Source: Candidatus Omnitrophota bacterium (GTDB lineage: Bacteria > Omnitrophota > Gorgyraeia > Gygaellales > Profunditerraquicolaceae). From it: 64,000 nt of DNA. Where the stretch lies: positions 913 to 64,912 of the forward strand of contig JAHIOW010000066.1 in NCBI GenBank assembly GCA_018895075.1. Reading direction: 5' to 3'. Positions 9,883-19,009 of the stretch are shown one piece after another (position 1 is the stretch's first letter; every line of letters begins with the position of its first letter). Made by a program: the position numbers and the translations under genes. Below the pieces are notes generated by a model. The model was not told the DNA's origin and did no database searches. It saw nothing but the letters and a program-made list of their open reading frames with translations.

Positions 9883-11595
9883 TTACAGAACCCCCTCCTT
9901 GATCATCGCCTCTATTATTTCTCTGGCTAATACGCAGGAGGCAAATCCTGAGCCGCCGTGTTCTAACAATACACAGATAACAAATTTCGGATTTTCAAAA
10001 GGAAAGAATCCCGCAAACCAGCCATGGGATTTCTGGCCAGGCGCGACCTGGGCAGTTCCGGTCTTACCGGCAACGGAAACAGACAGATTAGATAATACAT
10101 TACCCGTACCATTAGGGTCTGCTATAACATTTTTTAAGGCCCCCCTTATGTAATCGATGGTGCTTTCTTTAATAGGTACACGCGTAATCTTCCTCTGGCT
10201 AGTAATACGCTGACCCTCTATAGCCTTAACGATATAAGGAGTGATAAGGATCCCTTTGTTGGCAAATACCGCCATCATGCGGCTAATCTGCAGAGGAGTA
10301 ACTAACAGTTCTCCCTGGCCTATAGAAAGATTTGCAGTATCGCCATCAAACCAATTCTGGAATTTATAGATTCTTTTTAATAGGGGGCTGGGCACAAAAC
10401 CGCCTGCCTCATATGGCAACTCCACTCCGGTAGGCTTTGATAAACCAAACTTAAGGGCATAATTGTGTATTAGTTGGGCACCGAGAAGAAGACCGGTCCT
10501 GTAGAAAAAAATATTGCAAGAATGCGTAATAGCATTATATAAGTTCTGTTGATTATGCCTATCCCAGCAAGAGAATTCCTGCCTTCCGATATGCATAGTG
10601 CCGGGGCAAGAAAATGTAGTTTCCGGGTTAATCTTGCCTGTCTCCAGGGCTGCGGTTGCCAATATTAATTTAAAGACCGAACCTGCAGGATAAAGGCCGC
10701 TGATGGCACGATTTATTAATGGCGCGTGGGGATTATTAAAAAGATTGGTAATTGAGGCCTCGCTCTTTTCCATAAATATAGAAGGGGCAAAATTTGGGTT
10801 GTTGGCCAGGGCTAAAATCTCGCCTGTATAGGGCTCCATGAGAATGACACTGCCTTTTTTATCTCGGAGTTTATCTTCGGCTATCTTTTGTATCTTTAAA
10901 TCCAAGGTCAGCTGAATATCTTTTCCGCTCTGCGGCGGCCTAAAACCTAACAGACGCACAATCCTGCCGCGATGGTCTACCTCTACCGACGACCCGCCTT
11001 CTTCCTGGCGTAAATAATAATCGTATTTTTCTTCCACTCCCCCAAAACCTACTATATCCTTGGCCTTATAGCCGTAATCTGCTAATTTTCTCAGGCGCCA
11101 GTGGTCAATCTCATTTAGATAACCGAGTACATGGCAGGCAAGCCTTTTATAAGGATATACCCTTTGGGGGTGAGGTTGTATAATTATATTGGCAAGGCCT
11201 GGTTTTAACTCTTCTAAGGCAAAAACCTTCTTTAGGTCAATATTCTTTGCCACTGTAACAGGTAGAAACGGTACAGTAAAGCCGCTGTTAAATGCCTCTT
11301 TTAAATCCTGGGGACTCCTACCTAGAACGCCAGATATTTTTGTCAGTGACTTCTCTAGGCCCTTCTCTTCCTGAGGCAAAATCATGACATCATAGGAAAG
11401 ATAATTATCTACAATAATATTTCCCTGGCGGTCAAGGATCCTGCCCCGCGTACCTGGTTGTGGTAGAAGCCGGATACAATTTTTATTACTTAATTCTCTG
11501 TATCTGTTGCCCTGTATAACCTGCAGATTAAAAAGGCCAAAGGCTAAAAATAAAAAAACAAATATTACTGCGGAATTAACAATCTTTGTTCTCAT
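9883..11595 (-). CDS. mrdA: Penicillin-binding protein 2
   Basis: RGRILDR, GSVFK, SCN, KTGT motifs; mre cluster. Confidence 0.95.
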   Translation of the reverse strand: MRTKIVNSAVIFVFLFLAFGLFNLQVIQGNRYRELSNKNCIRLLPQPGTRGRILDRQGNIIVDNYLSYDVMILPQEEKGLEKSLTKISGVLGRSPQDLKEAFNSGFTVPFLPVTVAKNIDLKKVFALEELKPGLANIIIQPHPQRVYPYKRLACHVLGYLNEIDHWRLRKLADYGYKAKDIVGFGGVEEKYDYYLRQEEGGSSVEVDHRGRIVRLLGFRPPQSGKDIQLTLDLKIQKIAEDKLRDKKGSVILMEPYTGEILALANNPNFAPSIFMEKSEASITNLFNNPHAPLINRAISGLYPAGSVFKLILATAALETGKINPETTFSCPGTMHIGRQEFSCWDRHNQQNLYNAITHSCNIFFYRTGLLLGAQLIHNYALKFGLSKPTGVELPYEAGGFVPSPLLKRIYKFQNWFDGDTANLSIGQGELLVTPLQISRMMAVFANKGILITPYIVKAIEGQRITSQRKITRVPIKESTIDYIRGALKNVIADPNGTGNVLSNLSVSVAGKTGTAQVAPGQKSHGWFAGFFPFENPKFVICVLLEHGGSGFASCVLAREIIEAMIKEGVL

Positions 11596-11599
11596 TATC

Positions 11600-12103
11600 T
11601 TATTCCCAGTTCCAGGCCCCTTGAGGCAGCCATCTGGGGAAAGTTCGGAAAATCTTAAATACTAAAGGCGCAATAATGGCGGTATATAAAGATTCAAGAA
11701 ATGCAATACGCAGGGAAATACCCAAGGGGATAAAGAATCCACCTGAAAAAACCAATATTAATCCGGTGATTATATTGTGGGAGGCCGTAATAATAAATAT
11801 AACTGCCATAAGAATAAAGTTATTATCTATGGATATCCTTTTGGACAATTTCATAATTAGAAAACTCCATAATGGCAATAGCAGCGTATTTATGCCGAAT
11901 GTATTTATGCTAAAGGCATCTTTTAACACGCCGGCAAAGATGACAAAAAATATAACCCCCTTCAACTCGAAAAACAGACTCAAGATAACTACGACGATTA
12001 AAAAAAGGTCTGGTTTTACGCCAAATATCTTAAAATAATCTAAGACTGCAACCTCAAGCAACCCTAGAACGACAATAATAAATAAAAAAAACCACTTCCT
12101 CAT
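11600..12103 (-). CDS. mreD: Rod shape-determining protein MreD
   Basis: Hydrophobic, GVKPDL motif, between mreC and mrdA; start uncertain (12103 or 12121). Confidence 0.85.
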   Translation of the reverse strand: MRKWFFLFIIVVLGLLEVAVLDYFKIFGVKPDLFLIVVVILSLFFELKGVIFFVIFAGVLKDAFSINTFGINTLLLPLWSFLIMKLSKRISIDNNFILMAVIFIITASHNIITGLILVFSGGFFIPLGISLRIAFLESLYTAIIAPLVFKIFRTFPRWLPQGAWNWE

Positions 12104-12161
12104 TGGATTCCTTTCAATCAACTAATGCCTATTGCTCTTAAGGCGTATGTCGCGGGGGATA

Positions 12162-12935
12162 CTATGGTATAATTATCAATACCTCTTCAATGCTAGATAG
12201 ATTAACCGCAGGTTTTATTATGGCGTAACGGGTCAAACCAGAAAGTTCTTCACCTACCTCTATTACTTCACCAATAAGCAGGCCTTTAGGATATGCATCG
12301 GTTAAACCCGAAGTTATAATTACATCGGAAATCTTAATATCAGCTCCTTTAGGTAAATATTTCATAATTAAAGAGTTTCCTAAAGTGCCGGATACAAGTC
12401 CTTCTTGACGGCTGCCTACGACTATGCAGGAAACCCCTAGATTCGGGTCATTAATGAGCATTATCTTGCTTGTAGATTCCGTGGTCTCAATAACCCGGCC
12501 TAGAAACCCCAAATAAGTCATGGCAGCCATCTCTTGCTTTATGCCATTATATCTGCCCTTATCGATAATAACTACTGAAGACCAGTTGTCCGGAGAACGG
12601 CCAATAACCCTGGCAGCAATTACCTTGTAAGGCGTTTTTTGTTTAAGGGAAAGGATGTCATTCAATCGCCTATTTTCAAGATAAATCTCATCTAGAGTAT
12701 TGATTTTGTTTCTTAATAAATCTACTTCTCTTTTCAATCCTTCATTTTGCATGAGATTACGATGATAAAAAATAATACCGCCAATCTCACGCCTGATTAA
12801 TGTTAATAAACTAAGGGGATATTTGAAGGTGCTTAATATCGTAGTTCTTAAGGCAGGATTTAAACTGGAAAGCAATGTAAGCAGAAATATAGAAACGGCT
12901 AAATAGATTAAGCTTTTCTTTTTAAACTTCAACAC
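12162..12935 (-). CDS. mreC: Rod shape-determining protein MreC
   Basis: TM, coiled coil, ARVIGR, IDKG, TSGL...YPKGLLIG. Confidence 0.93.
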   Translation of the reverse strand: MLKFKKKSLIYLAVSIFLLTLLSSLNPALRTTILSTFKYPLSLLTLIRREIGGIIFYHRNLMQNEGLKREVDLLRNKINTLDEIYLENRRLNDILSLKQKTPYKVIAARVIGRSPDNWSSVVIIDKGRYNGIKQEMAAMTYLGFLGRVIETTESTSKIMLINDPNLGVSCIVVGSRQEGLVSGTLGNSLIMKYLPKGADIKISDVIITSGLTDAYPKGLLIGEVIEVGEELSGLTRYAIIKPAVNLSSIEEVLIIIP

Positions 12936-12951
12936 ATCTTATTTTCAAAAC

Positions 12952-14025
12952 CTAAGAGTGCATTTCAGATTTTATGGGGACAGTAACCTTTTTTAGATAA
13001 CGTATCTCATCCAGGACTATGCCTGTACCGCAGACTACGGCAGTTAAAGGGTCGTCGGCAATGTGCACGGGTAATCCTGTCTCTTCAGATACCAGCTTAT
13101 CCATGCCTCTTAATAGCGCCCCGCCGCCTGCGATAACAATACCATGTTCTATTAAATCCGAAGATAATTCGGGCGGGGTCCTTTCTAGAGATACCTTGGT
13201 TATCTCTAATATAGCGCGCAAAGGTTCCTGTAGCGCCTCTCTTATCTCTTCCGAAGTTATTGTTATTGCCTTAGGCAGACCGGCAACCAAATCCCTTCCC
13301 TTTACCTCCAGCGTCATCTCTTCCTCTTGGGGATAGGCAGAGCCAATTTTTATCTTTATCTCCTCGGCAGTGCGCTCGCCAATCATCAAATTATATGTCT
13401 TCTTTAAATATTCAATAATGGCATCGTCCATCTCGTCTCCGCCAATGCGTATGGACTTAGAAAAAACAATGCCTGCCAGTGAGATAACGGCAATCTCGGT
13501 CGTGCCTCCGCCGATATCTATCACCATATTGCCTATGGGTTCTTGTATAGGAAGGCCCACGCCGATTGCCGCGGCAATCGGTTCCTCGATTAAAAATACC
13601 TCTCTGGCGCCCGCGCGCTCTGCAGAATCCTTAACTGCGCGCTTCTCCACTTCTGTAATCCCTGAAGGTATGGCTATAACTATCCGGGGCCTGACTAGAA
13701 CGTGACGATGATGTACCTTCTTTATAAAATATCTTAACATCGCCTCAGTTATTTCAAAATCAGCAATAACCCCGCCTTTCATTGGCCTAATAGCCACGAT
13801 ATTGCCGGGCGTGCGGCCAAGCATACGTTTGGCCTCTTCTCCTACGGCAAGGACCCGGGATGTACCTCGCTCAATAGCCACCACTGAGGGCTCACAGAGA
13901 ACAACGCCTTCGCCTTTTACATAAACCAGGGTCGTAGCCGTACCTAAATCAATACCCATATCATTGGAAAATAAACCCAGTAAATAATTAAACAATTTTT
14001 TGGCTATTTCTTTAAATTCTCTCAT
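12952..14025 (-). CDS. mreB: Actin-like protein MreB
   Basis: [27 protein letters not shown]. Confidence 0.97.
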   Translation of the reverse strand: MREFKEIAKKLFNYLLGLFSNDMGIDLGTATTLVYVKGEGVVLCEPSVVAIERGTSRVLAVGEEAKRMLGRTPGNIVAIRPMKGGVIADFEITEAMLRYFIKKVHHRHVLVRPRIVIAIPSGITEVEKRAVKDSAERAGAREVFLIEEPIAAAIGVGLPIQEPIGNMVIDIGGGTTEIAVISLAGIVFSKSIRIGGDEMDDAIIEYLKKTYNLMIGERTAEEIKIKIGSAYPQEEEMTLEVKGRDLVAGLPKAITITSEEIREALQEPLRAILEITKVSLERTPPELSSDLIEHGIVIAGGGALLRGMDKLVSEETGLPVHIADDPLTAVVCGTGIVLDEIRYLKKVTVPIKSEMHS

Positions 14026-14054
14026 CTTCTCTCCTTCAAGGTCTAATACCGAGA

Positions 14055-14083
14055 ATTCTACCAGAGATTAAACCCTATGTCAA
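14055..14083 (-). promoter_or_regulatory. sigma70 promoter of the mre operon
   Basis: TTGACA-17 nt-TAGAAT on the minus strand. Confidence 0.7.
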
Positions 14084-14102
14084 ATAAAAAGTTAGCAAAA
14101 AT

Positions 14103-15461
14103 CTATCTAGGAGGGTATATCATTAAGGCCTCTAATTGACTCAAGAAGTCAGGGAATGATTTATTAATACAGGATACATCATCTATAAGGGTCTTACCTT
14201 CTGCGGCCAGGCCGGCTACAACCATACTCATTGCTGTGCGGTGGTCGCCAAAACTCTGGAGGCGGCAGCCCTTAAGTTTCTTGACGCCCTCAATGACTAC
14301 CTTCTCTGAATTGCCGTCTTTAAGAACTTTAACGATAGCGCCCATCTTCTTTAGATTCTCAGACATTGATCTTATGCGGTCTGTTTCTTTTACGCGTAGC
14401 TCACCTACGCCTTCAAATATAGTCTTAGCCTTTGCCTGAGAAGCCGCTACCATCAAAATTGGCAATTCATCTATTAAAGATGGTACTTCATTTTTTCTAA
14501 TTACTGTACCTTTTAATGAACTGCTTCTAACTATCAAATCTCCCATAGGTTCAATGCTCGATGCTCGATGTTCGGTACTCGATACTCGAATCTTTGCTCC
14601 CATCCTTTTCAGAACCTTAATTATTCCTGTGCGGGAAGGATTTAAACCTAGATTTTTTATCAAGATTTTTGCCTTTGGCAGTATGGTTGCTAAAACTATA
14701 AAAAAACTCGCCGAAGATACATCACCGGGTATATAAATTCTTTTGGGAGAAGCCAATTCTTTGTTTCCTTTTATAACTATTGTATTTTCAACAAGCTTTA
14801 TATCTGCTTTAAATAACTTTAACATACGTTCTGTGTGATCGCGTGTCTTTATCTGCTCAATCACCTTCGTATTTCCTTTTACATAAAGACCTGCCAGCAA
14901 TATTGCTGACTTTACCTGCGCAGAGGCAACAGGCATCCTGTAAGTGATAGGCTTAAGATTACCTCCGCTGATTGTAACCGGTGGATAATCTTCTGCTTTT
15001 AGCCCTTGATTTTTATGTCTTGCCTTTATTTCAACGCCCATTGAGATTAACGGTATGGTTACACGGCGCATTGGTCTTTGGAGAAGGGATCTGCCTGTTA
15101 TCAGTTTGACCCTAAAGGCTCTTCCTGCCAAGACACCTAAAATAAGTCGCAATGTGGTAGCAGAATCACCCACAAAAACAGGACTTTTGGGTTTCTTTAG
15201 CCCATAAAGTCCTTTTCCAAATACTGTAATTGCAGGACACCTTGCTGCCTGGGTCTTGAATTTTTGTGTTATCCTGATGCCTAATTTCCTAAAGGCCTTT
15301 ACTGTATAAATACAGTCTTTATTGGCAGGGAAATTCCTAATTACTGTCTTACCTTTACTGATTGCACTTAGGATTATCGAACGGTGGGCTATAGATTTGT
15401 CACCTAAAAGGGTAATTTCCCCTTCCAGGCGCAAGGCTGGCTCAACCCGAAGAGACTTCAT
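14103..15461 (-). CDS. aroA: 3-phosphoshikimate 1-carboxyvinyltransferase
   Basis: GDKSIAHR, ASAQVKSA, RDHTERM, ELRVKETDR, DHRTAMS; carries short repeat-derived inserts. Confidence 0.96.
   Translation of the reverse strand: MKSLRVEPALRLEGEITLLGDKSIAHRSIILSAISKGKTVIRNFPANKDCIYTVKAFRKLGIRITQKFKTQAARCPAITVFGKGLYGLKKPKSPVFVGDSATTLRLILGVLAGRAFRVKLITGRSLLQRPMRRVTIPLISMGVEIKARHKNQGLKAEDYPPVTISGGNLKPITYRMPVASAQVKSAILLAGLYVKGNTKVIEQIKTRDHTERMLKLFKADIKLVENTIVIKGNKELASPKRIYIPGDVSSASFFIVLATILPKAKILIKNLGLNPSRTGIIKVLKRMGAKIRVSSTEHRASSIEPMGDLIVRSSSLKGTVIRKNEVPSLIDELPILMVAASQAKAKTIFEGVGELRVKETDRIRSMSENLKKMGAIVKVLKDGNSEKVVIEGVKKLKGCRLQSFGDHRTAMSMVVAGLAAEGKTLIDDVSCINKSFPDFLSQLEALMIYPPR
14551..14592. repeat. 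Six degenerate heptamers (TCGATRC) in frame inside aroA
   Basis: tcaatgc tcgatgc tcgatgt tcggtac tcgatac tcgaatc. Confidence 0.8.
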
Positions 15462-16267
15462 TTAGTCTTTTGTATGACCTTATCGCCTTCGCTGACTTTA
15501 TTTTTTACCTCTGCAGACTCCAATCCCGCTGCAGACATAGAATCGTGAATCTTCTCTACTGTAACATCACATACGTATTTATCATCATGATAAACAGAAA
15601 ATATGTGACCCACCTTCACTCCCTCTCTGCTACCTAAATTTATCACCACAAAATTATAATCTTTATTTATAACCACTATTATACCTTCCAGGACTGAAGG
15701 CGCTTTCTCTTCTCTCTGTATATCAACTGATGCCTCTTCAAGAATATCACCCTCAGGGCCCACCACAATCTTACCCAGTTGGACATCGCGCTGGCCCCTA
15801 GAACGTTTTTCTAAAACCTCCATTTTTTTCACTAAATCTGCTTTTTTGGATTCCAGCTCATTAACCTTAACCTGCATCTTTTCCATATCTTTCTGTGTCT
15901 GATTAAGTTCCTTTTCTAAATTTGACTTTACCTCTTTCTGTTGCTCTAAATCTACCTTTAATTGTTCTATCTGGGTCAATGCTTCTTGTTTTAAATTTTT
16001 CTCCTGCTCTAAATCGCCGGTTAGCATATTTAACTGTTCTTGGGTTTCCTGTAATTTAAGTTCCAATGTAGAAATTATATTTTTGGCCTCTGCCAGCTTT
16101 GTTTCGGCTATCCTTTGCTTTATCTTTGTATCACCCAATTCCTCTTGGAGGGTTGTATTCTTTAGCCGTTCCTTTTGTAAAAGACAGAAGACTCCGCCTG
16201 CCAAAGATAAAGAAACCACTATTAATATAATTAATGTTACTATAGGGATACTTTTCTTATCCGCCAT
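15458..16267 (-). CDS. Membrane-anchored coiled-coil hypothetical protein with C-terminal beta domain
   Basis: N-terminal TM, long E/K/Q/L heptad region, C-terminal FVVINLGSREGVKVG; ATGA overlap with aroA. Confidence 0.7.
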   Translation of the reverse strand: MADKKSIPIVTLIILIVVSLSLAGGVFCLLQKERLKNTTLQEELGDTKIKQRIAETKLAEAKNIISTLELKLQETQEQLNMLTGDLEQEKNLKQEALTQIEQLKVDLEQQKEVKSNLEKELNQTQKDMEKMQVKVNELESKKADLVKKMEVLEKRSRGQRDVQLGKIVVGPEGDILEEASVDIQREEKAPSVLEGIIVVINKDYNFVVINLGSREGVKVGHIFSVYHDDKYVCDVTVEKIHDSMSAAGLESAEVKNKVSEGDKVIQKTK

Positions 16268-16323
16268 TCTTGCCTCCTTCTGGAATTCTATTCAGACTTC
16301 GGCTTAAAAGTTATAATGTTTTA

Positions 16324-16351
16324 AGTATAGCATCTGATATGAAAAAATCAA
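16324..16351 (-). promoter_or_regulatory. Putative sigma70 promoter
   Basis: TTGATT-16 nt-TATACT with TG extension on the minus strand. Confidence 0.5.
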
Positions 16352-16360
16352 GTCCTATTT

Positions 16361-16470
16361 TTAATGAGCAGATAATTTATGGAGCTCGTAAGAGCGACAT
16401 AAATTATAGCGAAGCGTCTGCGAATTAACCCCGCACCATAGTGGTGCGTGGTAAGTCATACTCTTACTTA
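16361..16470 (+). repeat. Modular hairpin element copy A (third arm missing)
   Basis: ttaatgagcag...ctgcgaattaa ccccgcacca/tggtgcgtgg taagt...cttactta; terminus contains the rluD stop. Confidence 0.8.
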
Positions 16471-17372
16471 TTTAAAGATTTACTAAACTCTATCGGCAGA
16501 GCGCAAGAGAAATCTAGGAATTTTCCTGTACGCGGATGTGTAAAACCAATATATTTGGCGTGCAGTGCCAATCGGCTAAATTCATTATTTTTACCGTATT
16601 TATTATCACCCAAAATAGGATGCCCTATAAAATCAAGATGTACCCTCAGCTGATGGGTCCTGCCGGTAAAAGGCTCCAGCTCCAGAAAACTGGAGTCCTT
16701 TGCACGCCTTAAAGTCCGATAATATGTCTTAGCGTATCTTGTTTTCCTGCCAAAACCTACGGACATATTTTTTCTCTTATAAGGATGCCTGCCGATAGGT
16801 AGTTCAATTATATGCTCATCAAATTCCACGCTGCCTTTTACCAGGGCGACGTATTTTCGCTTCACGCTATGCTGGGAAAACTGTTGCCTAAGATGATGAT
16901 AAGCGACATTGTTCTTGGCAATAACCAAAAGCCCCGAAGTCTCCTTATCTAATCTATGCACGATACCAGGCCTATTGGGATTAACATCAGATAGATTCTT
17001 AAAGTGGTATAAAAGGGCGTTTACTAGTGTATGTTCGTAATTTCCTGGCGCAGGATGGACTACCAATCCCGAAGGTTTATTTATTACGGCTAAATCCTGG
17101 TCTTCATAAATAATATCCAAAGGGATATTTTCTGCCCTGATCTCATTTGTCTTTTTATCCTCAATCTGGATTCTAACTTCATCATCTGCCTTTACCTTAT
17201 AATGCGCTCGAGGCAAGGCAACGTTTTTTAAGACCACCTTGCCCTCTTTAAGTAACCTTTGTATAAATGTCCGGGAAAATCCAAGATTTTTATGTTTAGA
17301 AAATTCTAAGAGAAACAAATCTAAACGCATACCGGCGTCTTGCGGCGATATATTTAATTTATATTCTTGCAT
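16464..17372 (-). CDS. rluD: RluA/RluD-family pseudouridine synthase
   Basis: S4 domain, INKPSGLVVHP, HRLDKETSG, TGRTHQLRVH; likely start ATG 17372. Confidence 0.93.
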   Translation of the reverse strand: MQEYKLNISPQDAGMRLDLFLLEFSKHKNLGFSRTFIQRLLKEGKVVLKNVALPRAHYKVKADDEVRIQIEDKKTNEIRAENIPLDIIYEDQDLAVINKPSGLVVHPAPGNYEHTLVNALLYHFKNLSDVNPNRPGIVHRLDKETSGLLVIAKNNVAYHHLRQQFSQHSVKRKYVALVKGSVEFDEHIIELPIGRHPYKRKNMSVGFGRKTRYAKTYYRTLRRAKDSSFLELEPFTGRTHQLRVHLDFIGHPILGDNKYGKNNEFSRLALHAKYIGFTHPRTGKFLDFSCALPIEFSKSLNK

Positions 17373-17374
17373 TT

Positions 17375-18115
17375 TCAATGAGTCCCGCATTTGGCGGGAC
17401 GAATTGAGAAAAGTTTTATGCTGCTTAAGACAAATATTACCAGGCTTATAATCTGAAACAAGGTTAACTCTAGAAAAATAACCTCATTATCCGCACGTAA
17501 GAATTCAATAAAGAATCGAACTATCGAATAAAGCAGTAGATAAAGAAAGAAAATCTGGCCTTGGCGGTGAGGCCTGTCTTGTAAAAATCTTAAGAGCAGG
17601 AAAATGAAAATCAGCAGCAAAGAAGAATATAGTTGCGTCGGTATAAGAACTAACCTATGGACCGGGAAATAAAGGCCAAATCTGGATATCTTGCCAAAAC
17701 AACAACCGTTTAGCAAACAACCGATCCTGCCTATCGCCTGTCCCAATGCCACAAAGGGCACCACTAAATCAAGAATTTTATATAAGAGCGGATTCCTTTT
17801 CTTTAAATAGGCAACGCCAAAAATGATGCCCGCAAATAGCCCTCCGAACCAGGAAAGGCCTCCGTATTGTAGCATAATTATCTCAAGGGGATTTTTTATA
17901 TAATAACCCAGATTTTCGATTATATAAAAAATACGTGCTCCTATAATGCCGGCAACAAAAACCAGGAATGCAAAATTAAAGATTATACTGGTATCGATAC
18001 TTTGTTTTCTTGCCTCTGCCATCGCCAATACCACGCTTAGGCCAAAGGCAATACTAAGCATAAGGCCATAAGAGTAGACGGTAAAAGGACCTATCTTGCA
18101 GATTATGGGATACAT
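17375..18115 (-). CDS. lgt: Prolipoprotein diacylglyceryl transferase
   Basis: GARIFY, GGLSWFGG, GRIGCLLNGCC, PTQLY, RFFIEFLR; likely start ATG 18115. Confidence 0.93.
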   Translation of the reverse strand: MYPIICKIGPFTVYSYGLMLSIAFGLSVVLAMAEARKQSIDTSIIFNFAFLVFVAGIIGARIFYIIENLGYYIKNPLEIIMLQYGGLSWFGGLFAGIIFGVAYLKKRNPLLYKILDLVVPFVALGQAIGRIGCLLNGCCFGKISRFGLYFPVHRLVLIPTQLYSSLLLIFIFLLLRFLQDRPHRQGQIFFLYLLLYSIVRFFIEFLRADNEVIFLELTLFQIISLVIFVLSSIKLFSIRPAKCGTH

Positions 18116-18194
18116 TTTCAACTCAAAATTCAAAACGTAAAAGTCAAAACCACAACTAAAAATTAAAAACTTTTTACTTTTGACTTTTAACTTT
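18116..18194. repeat. Bipartite heptamer array (TCAAAAN units, then inverted NTTTTRA units)
   Basis: actcaaaattcaaaacgtaaaagtcaaaaccacaactaaaaattaaaaac then tttttacttttgacttttaac; closely similar to 21787-21887. Confidence 0.8.
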
Positions 18195-18614
18195 CAATAT
18201 AGACCATCCCAGCAATATTGCCCCAATTGTAATAGCGCTATCGGCAATATTAAACACAGGCCAGATGCGAAAATCCAAAAAATCTACGACATACCCTAAA
18301 AATAGGCGGTCAATAAGATTTCCCAATGCGCCTGCTAATATAAGGCTTAAGGAAACGTTATAAATAGAAAATTTTTTATATCTGGATTTATTAAGCTTAA
18401 AAACGGCCAACGCTACAGCAAATAAAGAAATAAAGATGAACAGGGGAATCTGATCTTTGAGGATTCCGAAGGCTGCGCCGCGATTATGGACGAGCGTCAA
18501 ATGAAATATCCCCTTTAGTATAGGCAGAGATTTGTTTAATATTAATTTTTTAGTGGCGAGAAATTTAGAAAGCTGGTCTAAAAAAAGGACGAGCAATATA
18601 AAGATAGGTGGCAT
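18174..18614 (-). CDS. lspA: Lipoprotein signal peptidase
   Basis: DQLSK, NRGAAFG, GALGNLIDR, VVDF, FNIAD. Confidence 0.95.
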   Translation of the reverse strand: MPPIFILLVLFLDQLSKFLATKKLILNKSLPILKGIFHLTLVHNRGAAFGILKDQIPLFIFISLFAVALAVFKLNKSRYKKFSIYNVSLSLILAGALGNLIDRLFLGYVVDFLDFRIWPVFNIADSAITIGAILLGWSILKVKSQK

Positions 18615-18624
18615 CAAGGAATTC

Positions 18625-19008
18625 TTATCGCTTCTCTTTCTTCTCCTGGCACTTGAGGCAAAACCGGGCGTAGGGCACAGCCTTTAATCTGGTTTTTGAG
18701 ATGATTAACTTACATTCTTCGCATATACCGAATGTGCCTTCTTCTATTTTTTTCAAGGCATCGTCTAACTCATATAACGATTTTTGCCCGTTAGAGGCCA
18801 GGCCCAATGAAAACTCTCTATCGTATGTATCTGTGGCCACATCAGCCATATGATATGAATATCCGGAGATATCGCCAGCAGCGTCTTTTTGAGACTTTTT
18901 CAACGTATCTTCGGATATGTGCCTTATTTCTTCAAGTATTTCGTCTTTTCTTTTTAAGATCAATTTTTTGAAATACTCTAAATCTTTCTTATTCAATTTC
19001 CTTTTCAA
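18625..19008 (-). CDS. dksA: TraR/DksA C4 zinc-finger protein
   Basis: HMADVATD, CEEC...CLKC; TTG start. Confidence 0.85.
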   Translation of the reverse strand: MKRKLNKKDLEYFKKLILKRKDEILEEIRHISEDTLKKSQKDAAGDISGYSYHMADVATDTYDREFSLGLASNGQKSLYELDDALKKIEEGTFGICEECKLIISKTRLKAVPYARFCLKCQEKKEKR

Positions 19009-19009
19009 T